Translations under genes and position numbers: made by a program
The notes under the pieces: model-generated
The model's database searches: none
Seen by the model: the letters and a program-made list of their open reading frames with translations, nothing else
What the model was told of the DNA's origin: nothing
Shown: positions 37,870-51,639 of the stretch, piece after piece
Layout of the letters: each line of letters begins with the position of its first letter
Position numbering within the stretch: position 1 is the first letter of the stretch
Assembly (NCBI GenBank): GCA_036172245.1
Contig: JAYWIR010000003.1
Coordinates: 5,828,001 to 5,892,000, forward strand
DNA length: 64,000 bases
From: Raillietiella orientalis
Taxonomy: Eukaryota
Direction: 5' to 3'

Positions 37870-38790
37870 CCATTGTCCTAGACCAACCTCTTTTCTGCTA
37901 GTGCTGTTCTCCCTAAGGGACGCAAGGGGCAGCGTAAACCCGGCAAGGTGGGAAGTGACGTGCTGCATAGCAGCAAAGAAGAAAGCATTGAAGACGCGGA
38001 CAACTCGGAAAGTGACGGACGCTGCGACCCCGAGTGTCCCACCCCTAGGACTATTACGTTGGGGAGAGCTGCTCGAGACGCCTCTGTGTTGGAACATCGG
38101 CACCCTCCCTTTCGAGTGGCACGAGTCGGCGCTGTTGGCGTTGCATGGGAGAATCACGTGCAAAGCACGCCTTCATTACTGGACACGGGGGAGCGTGGAC
38201 GCTCAGTGCGAGAGGTGCGGGAAGAGAGAGACACTCCTACACCTGCTATTAGACTGTACTGCCCTCCGACTCCTTTGGGATCGCCTCGCGACGATCCTAG
38301 GTATCCTAGTGAGCATTTTCAGACGCCAAGGGACATTTTCAGACGCCTCCTCGCGCGTGCCGCACTGCAGCCAGCCGCCTCCTTCGCAGTTCTCTGCTGT
38401 CTTCGCGAGATCGTAGCGGTCTGGAACGCCAGGAGAAGAGGCCGAAATGGCAGGGACGCCATCCACTAGGCGTGGATCTTCCTGAAGATTCCTCCTGGGC
38501 GAGATACGGAATGAAATTGTCATCATCATGAACAAGATGCAAAGGACGCCTGGCAGCGTACTGTAATCCCTTCTTCGGTCTCCCCCTCCCCGTGCATAAT
38601 TTCCCTTCCCCTATTTTGTTTGTTTGTTTTTCCCTTCCCCCACACTGCCGAAGCGGAGCTCACCGGTCTGCACGCCGGTCTTCGACAGGTCCATTCTACG
38701 TGGTAGAACCAAAGGTTCTACCACACCGATGTATTTTTGTTATTCCATATAAGAAATGCCCAGCATAACCTGGCGATGATCATCCTTCGC
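37870..38790 (+). mobile_element. L1/Tx1-clade LINE 3' end (ORF2 C-terminus + 3'UTR)
   Basis: TLPFEWHESALLALHGRITCKARLHYWTRGSVDAQCERCGKRETLLHLLLDC is a clear zf-RVT CCHC motif, followed by AVWNAR, a T-rich 3'UTR and a hairpin at 38700-38724. Confidence 0.88.
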
Positions 38791-41700
38791 CGATAGTAAC
38801 GATCTCATCGTGATCTTTAAAAAATAAAGTGAATAAATCAATGATGAAATACAGGGACTTCCGAAAAGTTTGGTGTTTGGGTGAAGTGGGGCGGTTCTCT
38901 GTGATTCTAGAAGGCTCGCAAGCTTTTGGGGAACAAGGGAAACTGTCTAATACTCTCTCGCTGATTCTCGAGCCACAACTTTCTAGATCTGTTTGTCAAT
39001 GACAGCTCGATGCTTTGACATGTGGCAGAAGCCACCTCGGAGCAGAGGGAGGTGGAGGGGATCACTCGCTTTCATTCCACTCCCAGGCAGCGCACTGAAT
39101 ACTCGAAGAACCGTGAGTCGCCCGAAACTACCTCCAGATCAAGTGAAAAACAAAGAGCAGCAGGTCCACTCATCGGCGTAGCATGAATGGTGCCAATGAG
39201 TAATTTCCTTCGTCTTCATGAAATCGGAAGCCTTGGCGGCGCAGGGCGCTCTTTCTATCGAGTGCATCCATCATGATCCATCAATCATAAGTCATCACCG
39301 AGTACTGAAAAGGTCAACTTCGTGATAGAACTCGGACGGCTATCTCATTCGAAAGTTCTGCACACGGCTTCCTGGCTTCGGTGCTTGAGGAGCAGTTGCT
39401 GCGCCTCTGATCTGCTCAACCAGGAAGCGGACCTTGCTTCAAGAAATCACGATAGCCCCTAGAATCTTCCAGGTGGGCTTCGCGGAGCTCCTCACGACGT
39501 CCATTCCCCTCGTGCTCATTGCCTCACCATGAAACATGAACAGTCTTAAATACTTAAACAGACCCTTCGTGTCTTCAGAGCAATCAAGATATGGGCGCAT
39601 ATCGGAGCCGATCGATCACCTTAAAAAAAAACATACATTAGAAATCCTGGGCAATCGCCTTATCTCTTCTTATCTTCTTGCTACAGACCTTTTTCTCCTT
39701 TCTGTCCCTCCCTCCCCTCTTGAGCATTCCCTTTTTCACGGACAAGCAAGACTATTTAGAAATAAACTGATTCCCTGTTTTTTTTAACTCTCTATTTATT
39801 TATTTATTTTTTAAAAAGCTTTCCCTTTCACTTCAATAAGCACAGATGGAAGATGAAAAATTTCGTGCCGCCACTGCAGCCATAGCTAACTCTCCTATCC
39901 ATCAAATTCCATTAGCTTCCTCATGACCCTGGAAAAATCATACTCTGGATTCAAGCATGCAGCGGTGACACCCTAATCCCTTTCTATAACCCTCTTCAAC
40001 TTGCAGGCATACAATCAGCTTGACACAATCTTTCCCCATTCATCCATTGCTCCCTTTCATTGAAATCAATGACCCGAATCGATTACTGTTCATCCATCGA
40101 TGCTGATCCGTGTTCCAATGACCATTCTTGTTCTGGTGCCTGGCAAAAGTCTATCCTCTCAACATTCCTCTCTTGGACCCCAGGTTCTTGGGACTTCCTT
40201 TTTGGTTCGGAAGCGTTCAGGAAGTTTCCATCGCTGATGGTCGTATGCATTTAGGAGTAAGAAAGTCCCCCTCAACTGGCAGTATCTTGACGGATGGTCT
40301 TCACGATGCTCGTGCATCGGACTGTCCGACGAGAACTGCCTAGAGCTCTCATGGGGTGCTCTTGATAGAAACCTACTTTCTTAGACTGCATGTTTTGGAG
40401 CTCCACTCTTCCAGCTTCACGTTTCATCCAAAGCTGTTGGTACTGAAGCATTCTCCGGAAGATGTGCAGCGCATGCGCGCCGCCCTCTCTTTTTTTGCCG
40501 TGATGTTGGGATCCCTATCTACTCCATGAGCTATGAGCTCATGGGTTGCTTATGCCTGGGGGAAACATCAGCTGTAGCTGAGCGAAGGATAGCCTCCCTT
40601 CTGCTCCTCGTAGAGAAGATACGATTAGAATTCAAATGGATAGACAAAACGTTTTCAACTGCCCTCGAAGTGGATCTCACTCTGTGCCTTTCTTTTCTCT
40701 CCTTCCTTCTTTTCCCTTCCCTCCCTCCTCTTCCGGTTCCCAAGTCTTCGTCCTTATTACGTAGTAGGCCCCCCATATTAAAGAATGACTGCTTTTTGCA
40801 GAGGATGAGAACCATTCCCAACGTTAGACGGGTGCTGTTGCAGAAGCTTGCTATCGTTTAGCATCATCTCGTTTCCACCTCCTGTTTCATCTTCCCGTTT
40901 TTATCCTGTCTTATGATTCAAAAAACCCCTCATTTTCTGAGAAGCCTCACCTCCCAAGAAGAAGAAGCTTTGACCGCTGATTCCGGACAGATCTGTGTTG
41001 CCCCCTTGAGTTTCGTGGGCTGAAAAATGAAAGAATAAAATCAAGCGGAATCTTCCTAGCCGATCCGTTTGACTTTGTAGCCTCACCGCACGTCAGGTGG
41101 ATGCGACCACCGCACCTTCAGGCTGTTCAGATTCTCTTTACTCCATGGGCACAGTTTCCAAAGAAAATTTCGTCATGGTGAATTATGATGGATGAGAGAT
41201 CTCCGAAATGCAGCGTGCAAAGCAGATTCTTACTCCACTGCGTGACAGGCATCACCGTGCTGGTCTCTGGTTTCCAAATACGTTCATTGGACCTAGAGGA
41301 ATATGATCTTGTCTTCTCAGACGTGGAGGTTCAGCAGCCTCGCAAACAAAGCACCTTTTTATAATTGAACTTTTCCGGCCGATAGAAGTTACAACTAAGA
41401 GTAGTCCCGGAGAGCTAGAAAAGCCTGGATCAAGCGTTCCTGGAACTCGGAACACTCGGATGATGACCTCGGTCAACATCTCCGAGCACTTTGGATGGAA
41501 AAGTGCATTGTTCTTCCTCTTCGCTTGTATCATGGGATGAAAATGGATCTCCATCAGTATGGTGCTCGACTGTCCAGAATCGTGAGAATGGTAACCGTTT
41601 TTCGTCGAGAATTCTTCTTGTATAGCGTGAGAAGTGGTTACCCTGCACCTATGGCAAAGCATTGAGATCTATATGGCGTCCCGATCATCTTTAGTGGCAG

Positions 41701-42561
41701 TGAGAACGCAGTCCGTCCACTCAGGTTCATTGCATCTTTTTTTTCCAACCCGAATTCTTGTGGTTTAGGAATTCTTGGTTAGATCTGAAATCCTCCTTGA
41801 ATTCGTGCTGGGTCTTCAAATTTCGACAAATGCTTTGACAGTTCTACAATGGATTGACTAATGAAATATCGGCTGTCGTGAGAAAGAACTTCGGGTCACT
41901 CTTTCAAGAGAACTCTTTTTCTCAACATTGGATTAAAACCTCGTCGAAGAATGGCTCTCTGGAAAACTACCTACGGGATCGATCTGTCGGCAAGAGCAAA
42001 CAAATCACCAGGTTGAAGCCTGAACACTGAAATGGTCCCGGCAATCCTTTCGTGCAGGATTCGATCTCATTGCGTCAGGTTTGCCGCAGGTTCCTTGAAG
42101 TCCGATCCAAGCAACACGGAACAAGCTGGCATTCTCACTCATCTCGAATACCCCCTCCCTAGTACACTTGAACAGATCCTTTGCGTGACTCAACCCTTTC
42201 GGTATCAATCACAGCACCAAATCTCGTCGAGTTCGAGTCGCAGCTGTCCCAATGCGTGCTCGTAAACGACCTTAGCACTGGCTGTCCTTGTTCACCCTCG
42301 AAGAGCCAACTGTGACCCTACGCAGAGTTGTACGGTGACTCACATCACTTTGGAATGCTCTCTGCCCGATCTGAATAGAATGCCACCACAATTCGGTTCC
42401 AGGCAAAAGGATTCCAATGGGGACCCCCCTGAGGTTCTCCTTACGAGCAGCCCCTATGGAGCAAGAGAAAAAGGACTCCGTATGATACGGCGATCATTTA
42501 CCTTTTAGCCATCAAGGCGGAATACATATGATGATTTCCATTGTACACACAAGTAGATTAA

Positions 42562-43563
42562 CCTGTTAAGGGAGTTTGACGTATGTATACGTGGTGTGGA
42601 AAAAACATTACGCCTTGCTATCAAAATACGAAATTTTAGTAAAAAAATGAAAATAAAAATCTCGTTTATTTGTGCATTTTACTTATATTTGGATCGGAAC
42701 TTCAATGTGGGCAGATGACCTTACTAATTTCTTATCAAAACTTATTTTTTGAAGTGGTGTACGGTATGCCAACCAAACAAAAAATTCTTCTTTCTTCTTC
42801 TCTTTACACACTGAGTTTGTTTACATAATTGAACCTCTAATTCAGAAAAATAGTAATTTTCCTGGATTAAAGGTTCAATGATTTTCCTCAGTAGAGGCCT
42901 CAGTTTTGGCAAAAAGTGATCTGTTTAAGATGGAACGTGATTTTTTTTCATTTTGAAGATAACCAAAAAATGACTGCAAGGGGTAGAATTTCCAAAATTG
43001 AAACTGTTCGGGGAAATATTCAACACACATGCAAATTTTTGTGTATTCCAGAACAAGACTTGATTGATGCATCCTTGTTGTCATGGAAACAGCGATCGTC
43101 TTGGAAGCGGTATATACACCCTCTACAAGGAGCCGTTTTGGAAGGAGATTTTTTGCCTCTTGCGGAAGTCACTCTGGACAGATTTGACATTTCTGTAAAT
43201 GCATTGGCAAAACCTACAGAATGTGGTCAAAATGGTCCTCAATAGAAGACCGCGACTCGCACCGTTCTCGAACTTTCTCGTGACCTATTAGGCCATGGAT
43301 AGAAATTCTATTTGAATTTTATTGAAAAAATATTATACTGAAAAAATCAGATTGAGTTTTTTTTCATTCTTCTTATGTATGGAGTTTATTAGTCTCTGTG
43401 CAGTAACGAAATTTTAAGGAGTAATTTTTTTTTTTTCCTTTTTTTTTTAATTGAACTTACAATAGATGCATTTGCTGCGCGTTTGACGTATGTATACGTT
43501 TTCGCCGATCTTAATTACGCACCCGCGGGTGGACTTTTTTGAAAAAATTAACAAGTTAACAGG
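42562..43563 (+). mobile_element. Non-autonomous piggyBac DNA transposon (internal deletion derivative)
   Basis: TTAA at 42558-42561 and 43564-43567; termini CCTGTTAA / TTAACAGG; subterminal motif gtttgacgtatgtatacgt at 42574-42592 and 43481-43499; AT-rich body containing a transposase relic. Confidence 0.9.
42940..43192 (+). pseudogene. piggyBac transposase fragment (first catalytic Asp region)
   Basis: FHFEDN..RISKI...CIPEQDLIDASLLSWKQRSSWKRYI, then a frameshift to PSTRSRFGRRFFASCGSHSG, matching the piggyBac pattern LHFxDN..RLxKI..P...IDESL..WKGR...QYIPSKRxRFG. Confidence 0.88.
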
Positions 43564-46500
43564 TTAACGAATGAGTGATTCATCTTAGCGTGATGATGGC
43601 ATCTTCGGTGTTGCGGAGACGAAATAGTTTTAAGACCGAAGCAGTGATCCAATCTCGATCCATCAACCCAATTGCTGGCACGAGACGCAGATAAACGTGG
43701 TGCGAAGAGGAACATAACGATCTGAAAGGAGAATGCACGCAAGAAGAGCAGAAGCACGTAACATCACGAGATTACAACTACCACAAAGGATGCACTTCAA
43801 GGGCATATGCAGGAACTGCTCTCTCCAAATATCAGATATACAGCGATCACTACATCCATCCACGTACCAAGAAATTTAGCAGACTCCTTCAAGAGCGTTG
43901 AAACGGGCTGGCGGCTCCAATCCGTCTCAGCAGCCACGGTCGAATGTTGCAGATCTTGTCATTCGCACTGCGTGACCGAATCGCTCGAAAGTTTTGCTTC
44001 GAGAGACGGTATCGAGGAAACGAGCGCGGATCTCAGAGGCTGCTCTGGACCCGCTCAAGCTACGTGTTCAAGGAATCACACGAAATGGCTTCTCCGCTCC
44101 CGACTCGGTTTGACCTCGACATTTAGTTTCAAGGACTCCGAAAATCCTTGCATCCGAAATTTTAGATTTCCTCGTGCTTGCATCTCTTTCAGCTTCCTAC
44201 ACAGACTCAAGTAAAGCTGTCGGACAGAGAAGCTTGCGCTTGTCCTTCATGCACGCGCCGTTGAGGATGGCTGGCGCGACGATGGCACGGAATTAGCGTT
44301 CCGAGATGTCGGAGAAGAGCAGAACAAATTCATCAAACTCCCAGCAGTGTGCTCACAGTGCCTCCGCGAGACCTCCTGGGACCATTGAAGGGATTTTGAT
44401 TATGAATGATCATTGTGCATCTTCATGTACAAACGTTCTCGGCGCTCCTCACCTTGCTCCTCTTGAAATCCCTTTCAGCTCGGAAAAATTCGCTCCGTGT
44501 TTACCTCATCTGCCTGCTGATTTGGAAATCACGTCCTTCGGAATAGCTTCTTTTCCTAAAACGCATTCCCATTCGATAAGGAATGTCTCCATCCCATGCT
44601 TCCAAAGTATTGACGCGTGTTTTGCTCTTTCCTTTCGAGTCCCGGAGTTTTTGCTTCCATGCAAAATGGTCCGGAAAATATCTGCTGAGAATTTCCCATC
44701 GACTGCGGTAGCTTCAGAGTATTTAAGAGTCATGCAGGATGAAAAAAAATTCAGGGCTCGGTGTCAAGCAAGCTGGACCGAATTGGACAAGCGGTAGAAC
44801 GCATTAGTTGGTGTATGTACTCGCTTTGGCCCGAACTTGGGTGCTCGGAATGCATGTGCTAAACTTTCGACATCTCTGCAACCTGAATTCTCCTTTCCTG
44901 GTTTATGAATCGTTTCTTCTCGTTCAAAAGGCTCTCTTCGCTGCAAAGCCATGATGGTATCGAGTGCAGGGTTCATGAGATCGGATTGTAGCTGCAGCGT
45001 CTGCTGGACCTGCGGAGCAAATTACAACGCTAATGACCGGTGTCGACCTTCGTCGGTAGCATGCAGTCATCTATGGATTCATTTACTGCCTCTGTCGTGA
45101 AAAGTTAGCGATAATACTGAACACATCACCAGGCAACAATTCGGAGATCGTCCTCTTCATCTCAAAGCAAACACGAATCAAGGAATCATTCCTCTTCCCT
45201 TGATCTGAAGCTCGTATCGCACAAAAGCAAAGGCGTTTTCATTGGTCGCGCTCCCACTCAGTTTCTTTACTGTACAAAAAAAAAAAGGCCAACATTTTAC
45301 GGGGTGGGAATGTCGGCTGCAGCAAAAATTGCTGCAGACATCCTCGAATGATCAAACAGCAAGCAACGACTAGTGGTACAAGGCATAATCAGTTTTCCGT
45401 GTTCTCGGAGAGCAGCCACAAAACAAGTGCTGCTCTTTCACTCATCTTATAAAGCACTGATAAAACGGTGTTCAGCCTAAGAACGAAGAGAGCATGAAAA
45501 CGTAAGAGCGAACACGTGAGAACAAAAGGATCTCAGCGCAGTGACGCACAGCGGACAAACAGGAGTGAACACGTGCTAGGAAAGATAAAGTGTTTAAGAA
45601 CGGTTGTAAAATGTGAACCTTCCTGGAGATAAAGGTAGGCCGATTTCATTTCACGACCCTCCGGTATTAGACCGGAAGGCTCGGAACGTCCCGCACCCTT
45701 GGATCTTAGAAAATCTTTTTACTGAACCGCGTCCCGCGAATTCACACAGCTCTGTGACAAGAACGATTGCGTCTTCGATGAGGGTCGATGCTCACTGAGA
45801 AAGCTTCGGAGCCTGGATCAGCTCCTGTGCCAGGGAGCAGCTCCAGGCTGGGTCACGGACGGGAAACGTCACTGAGACACGGGTTGTTGTCCCGTGACGC
45901 GCTCACCTCGGAAACATCGCAGCGAAATCGGTTTTTTTTTTTTTTTTTTCTGAATCCTCTCGCCCTTTTCCCGAGAGAAGAGTTTTCCGTTCCTGAAATT
46001 CCGCCTGCTGTCCAGGGGCTCGGCGTGGGGCCGTTAGATCGCGCTCTTGGAAACCCGCTGGCTTTTTTCTTGGCGAGCGGCTCCCCTCAAGGCAAGGAGC
46101 TCTCCAGCAGGCCGAAACCGTGGAAGCACGACGGGAGGACCTTTCTCCAGCATCTTCAACTTCTTCCTCGGGAGGGAGGCTACCGAACGGAAGCAGTCTT
46201 GTCCGGGAATCCCCGTACCCCACGAAAATCATGAAACCGGAAATCCAGTGGATCGGTTGCTATACTGCAGGCTCTCATCCTTTCTCATTCCACTTTTCTT
46301 CTTCTCTACTTCTCTCCGATAGGAAGGCTGCGCCCTCGAGGAGGCAGATGCTCAGTTAGGGTACAAGAGAACTGAACTGTAAGAGATTTAGAATGAATTT
46401 CCTTGCTCTTGAAAACATCCTTCTATCTTAAAGACGAAGGTCTCCTCGGAAGAACCTTCTGATGCTGGCATCAGGAACAGACGCAGGATGCCGATGCGAC

Positions 46501-47299
46501 TTCTCCATTTCTCTGAATCCAACAGATGAGTTGCGTCCTGAAAAGCAAAAGTTTCTTACTAGAGTGATTCTGCCTGGGATCTTTCTTTCGAAAAGCAGCA
46601 TCTGCTGCCTGCTTCGCTTATCATCTCATTTCACGTAAAGATAAGTTAAGCATCCATCTGAAAAGAGGAAGAGCGCGCAGTCTCAACTGCCTTTGGAACT
46701 GAGAACCGTTGCGCAAGGAGGCTGCTCTTAAAGACAGAGATCGCTCGATTGATCAGAGGGAAATGCCAAGGAGGAACTCTCTGTTTGCCTGCGACATTCT
46801 TAGGAGTTGATGCTCTTCACCTCTGAGATGGGATTCGGCGGTGCTCGAAGTCTACAATGACACCCGGAAATCATCGAGCTGTTTTCGTATTGTCGAACTG
46901 ATAAGCAAGGGCGCGGACATAGTGAACGAGCAATCCGGAAGTGAACGGGATGCAGAGGAGCTGCCCTTCACCAGCAACACACAGATGCGGCTGCATCCCT
47001 CTTGTCGCTGGAAGTGTCTCCGTCTTTGCGGGCACTTCGATAAAGAGGCGACCCTCTAAGAACCACAGCCGACTACGTGCGTCGGAAATCGATTTCCGGG
47101 AATTGGTTCCTGGACTGAGCTTGCACCAAGGGCTGACAACGGAAGAGGATCTTTGCCTCCCTGATTGCTGCATTTCCGACTTCCGCCTCACTAAAATCAT
47201 GGTCCGAGGATGCATGTGAAGAATGTCCCCTTGTCCTTCCACGAATCGTAGCCGAGGGCTACCGGCGACCAGGAGTCACCTGTTGCAACAAGAGAGAGA

Positions 47300-47900
47300 C
47301 TCTCAATGAGCAAGGAAGAGACTTTCCGGAGTAGTTCGGGGAGTCCGGCTGACGTCCAGCGAAGAACCGAAAGCTCTCACCGCACGAAGATATAGATCAT
47401 TGGGTCTCCTTTACATTTCGGCCCTCTCTCTGGCTGTTCTTCGCCCAGAGGGGGGAGTATGAAAGGAACCCGATAAGTTTTTCAGGAAAGATCAAGAGAT
47501 GATCCTTGTGAGGTTCTTCTTGTAACCAAGATCATCAGAAGAAGGTTTACGGCTTGGAAGAAAGTTGGGGCTGTCGGCGGCGGGACACATGACGTTGATA
47601 GGGTGACACGGAACCCTGGCCGAAAATTTTGGAGCATCCTATGGAGATCAGCATCTCTTGGATATCTTTGGATTCACCCTGGCAACTAGGCTTCCCGAAC
47701 ACGGGGTTCAGAGAGCTCATCGGAATGCCTTCAAACTCTCGGTCTTCCGAAGCCTTACGGGACTACCTCTGGGCTTGTTTCTAGTTGCCAGGAGACATCA
47801 TATCCTTCCTCCTCACCTGCCTTCCTCCGATGAGCACGACCTGGAGACATTCCCTAGATGGATTAGAACCTCGTTCCCTTCAAGGGAGGATGCTGGACAC
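47300..47900 (-). mobile_element. Decayed L1-type AP-endonuclease domain
   Basis: GYDVSWQLET (DxxxLQET-like), RVTL/INVMCP/TFFQAV (NVYAP..FF-like) and MIYIFV (RIDYIF-like) appear in the expected order. Confidence 0.5.
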
Positions 47901-48899
47901 TCTGGTCAAGCGGAAAAAATCTCTGTCTGGAAAATCTTCAGACAGAGAGGAAAGTTTTCAGAGGGTCGAGTGCAGGGAGATCCGCAGACAGTAAGGACGA
48001 CGGTTGTCTTCCCGAAAATGCGTCAGAGGGAATGGGAATCCAACTGCCAAGAAGCTGTCAGCAGGGGAAGACGACGGGTCTCGCAGCAGCATCCATTAGA
48101 AGAGAAGGGAAGATGAAGTACTCTGATTGGAGGCGTCCGCGGTCTCCCCGGCAGCAGGGACGAACGTCGCTGGCACCCGAATACAAGAGCAGAGAAGTGC
48201 CAGGAGTTTCTGCCGCTTTCTCCGCGACCTGCAAGAAGACCGACCGAGCTAGCATCCGGCAGCTCCTTTTCCCTTCCCGTGTCCCTTGGGCGCAAGGTGC
48301 AGCGACCACCACCACCACCCTTTACTGCGCAACGAAGGGGAGGTTGAGGATCGCCATCCCAAGGGCGGGAGGGCAGCGCCTGCAGGGGCGCAGACGCCAG
48401 CTCTTCCCGTGCATGCCTCCATGTGAGGATCGCCGCATCCCTTTCCCTCCTTCCTTTCCTGCGGATCAGTGAGGAACCCTATGACGAGGAAGCTGCTCTG
48501 CGGCATCCCCTCGCCCGTCATTCACAGATGCCCTCGGAGTGTCATCCGTGGAATGTGCAGGTCGCTTCCTCACCCACACTCTTTCTACCTGATGACGCGG
48601 AAGAACGAAAGAGAAGGAGGCTTTTCTTTCTTTCTCCTCTAGGAGACGGAGACCCTTGGGTCTGTCCTCCCTTGACTCGCTTGGCTGAAAGCGAACTGAC
48701 CTCGCTGTCACCCCGCGTACGAGTGGCGGGGCCTGCACGGCGGGATCGCCTCTTCCGCTTCCCTTGGAAGAAGCACGTGATCTTTTCTGGATCCCCTGCT
48801 TCTTCTCTTCCTCTCCATCCTTCTCTTCCCCTCCCCCTCCCTTGTTGTCACGGACACCGCCTCAAACCTCCTACCTGACCGACCACTGCCTCGGGTCTC

Positions 48900-50560
48900 C
48901 GAGCTTGAGTTCACTGATGAAGGGGAAATCCGAAATCCGAAATCCGATGGACCCAATAAGATGAAGATCCACAGAAAACGCAGGGGGTGGAAGGGACCGT
49001 CAAGCGAGTCTTTTCAGATGGACGGGAGATGGCTCTCGGTGTCTCGAGATTTCTGAGATCGGTGACTCTCCTGATGCCCTTCCACGCGGGAGTCACCTCT
49101 GACTGCTGCGTCAACTCCTCCAGAAGGAGCAGCATCCGCTTCCAAATGGTCCAGAGGAGCGGCGTTTTCCTACAAAATCCTCCAGTCCTCCTCCAGCTGA
49201 GCATCAGATGGAAAGCGGCACAGCTTTGTTCCGCCCTGCACCGGGATAAGAAACGATCTCTCTTATGGTGATGGCCAGGATTTCCATCTGGGATCCTGAG
49301 GACGCTGTGGCAATCCGTCTTTGACCAGGATTGGAAGAAACGACCTCCAGAGTCGTTCGGAATGGTAGCGGACAGGGTCGCTACCCTGGCAACTGCCGCG
49401 CCCACTTGGAACCTAGGGTTCGAAGGGGTACGTTCGCTAGGGTACGTTCATTGCCAAGGAAAAACCGAAGTCAAGCTCCTCCAAGGTTGGCTGGACCATT
49501 GCCGAGGAACCACCGTCTCCCTGTTAAGGAATTTGTTTTTCCCTCTCCTCGCCCCATTCAGCCTCGGTGGCCCGGAAGCACTCGTTGGAATCAGTACGTG
49601 GAAGCAAAAGGAACGGTCCAGGAAGCAACGCCCGCTCGCCCAGTGCGGGGCACCTGCTTGGCGCTGACGAAAGACAGTCGAGGAGCAAAGAACTTGGGGT
49701 TCTTGTGGTCCCAACTTGGCAGGCGAAGGTCTTGGAGGAGCAAAAGAAAAATCTCCAGTAGACGCAGGGAACCCTTACCGGGAACAGTCGAAGCGTGTAG
49801 GCGGTTTCATCTCATTTCCTCCTCCGTGAGATAAAAGTTCAATCCTCTGAGTACTTGGGTTCCACCGGATCCACGCATTTCACGACCTCGGGCGGAGCTC
49901 ACTCTGTCACCGCAGTGGCAAAGAAACCTCTGACTGCAACGTGGCAATCCCCTGTTCGACCAGTGTGGTGGCTGACTGGCGCTTCCCTGCCGCCAATCTT
50001 GGCTGGCTGCTTGCTGTTGCGGCGCCAGTGAGAATCGGACAAGCCAGAAGGGGGGAAGAGAAATGCACAGGATCTGCAACACCAGCAGGCGCTTTGAAGA
50101 CAAGCAGTTTCTTTTTATCTGGAGGATGCAGCTTCCCGAAAAGCACGTGTTCCGTGTAAGGGCAGATAAGTGTGAACCTCAGAATTGGTCCGGGAGCACC
50201 AAGAGTTGAGGTTCCGAGACGGCAGCATGAGTACCTAGCACAGGAAGCCTGCTTTCCTGCTTTCCGGGAAGGCTCCCGAAATGGTAGTTCCAGGAATCGA
50301 CTCTCCTTCCTTGCCAGACGCCCACTCGTGCACAAACACCAACACGCAACTCCATACTGGTTACAGGATTCTCCTCCATCCTTGGAAAGGTCGTGACTCT
50401 CCAGGCTGCGGGAAGCGACGATTTCTCATCCTTTCCCAGAGTGAGCTCAAGGAGAAGGGAAGAACATTGAAAAAAGTTCCAAGTCAAGGATTTCGGGTTC
50501 TCGCAAAGATTAGGGGAGCTTTCCAGAGCTTCGAGGCATCCAGACGACACTTCCACTCAA
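48900..50560 (-). mobile_element. Decayed LINE reverse-transcriptase and downstream region
   Basis: LPAAWRVTTFP..ENP, LPDQF, SSPLL and GKNKFLNRETVVP fragments in RT order across frameshifts. Confidence 0.35.
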
Positions 50561-51639
50561 GCAGGCAGAAGGGTGCCCGCGGCGGTTTCACAAACCCACA
50601 CAATGGTAAACGTTCTCCCATCTTCTAAGCTTCGGCCGTCTCCATGGCAGACTCGAATGCTCGAAGTATCATCGTGGTTTTTTCTTTTTAAGAAAAACAC
50701 ATAAATTAATAAATAAATTTGCAGCTTATTTTTCCTTATGAAGGAGAGACTTCATGTTTGGTGCAGCGACGAGCTATCGCTGTCCCAAAGACCGAGTGTC
50801 ACTCGGCGCCTCACAGCAAGCTTGCTCGAAGTGCAAAGAACTGGAAGCGTCCCTCAGGAGCTCCACAGCATGCTTTTCCCAAGCACGCCAGACATGAGTG
50901 AGAGATGAGAGGTGCCAGTTTCCCACTGGCTTCACGAAGCTCTTCGGAAGCGATTTTTATCATGGAACCTCAGCATCATCATGGAAGCTGAGACCCTTGA
51001 TCACAACCTGCTTCCGTTTGCAGGAGCTTCGCGAAATTAATTTCTCGAGGAACACGGCGGCCAGGAGGACTTATGACCTTTCAACCGATCGAACCAGCAC
51101 GAAGATGAAAGTCAGCCTCCTGCGCCCTATTCATTAACCAGTGATGGACGCACAAATGTTGGTGACACGGCGCATACTCGGGATCATCAGTTGGCTGCGT
51201 TGATCAAAGTGGGAACGTAGCGAAAGAGTTGACGGAATTAGTGCTGTCGAATGGTAGCAGAGCAGGGTGGATGCGTTTAATCCTCTCGCAGCATCCGTGG
51301 AGGGGGGGATTAGGTCGACGAACATCGCAGCTGGAAGCGCACGCGCCTGCGATGGTCAGGCAAGATGGGATTGCTCGCGATGGGAAAGCAGAGCATCTTT
51401 GCACGTACCAAGTTGGCGAAGTAACTTTTACCGCTCTTTTTCTCGAGGCAGACGCTCTTGCTGAACCTCTTTCTGCCATCGACCGGCTTCATAAGATGCA
51501 GACTCTTAGATACTATGGATAAAATCAACTTTTAGATCTAAGAGTTTCGCGCCTTCGAGAAGAATCTGGAATCCTGCTCGCCAGCATTGTGCGAGGGCAC
51601 CGGCGACGTCTGCCAGGAGGCACCAGTCGAGGGCGCCGT

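Noticed and set aside
45600..45800. THAP N-terminus (ISFHDPP...W)
   Set aside because: The required cysteines are not in frame.
49890..49990. Double zinc knuckle on + (LCHRSGKETSDC..PC..QCGG)
   Set aside because: His ligands are missing and it overlaps an RT-like relic on the opposite strand; not supportable.
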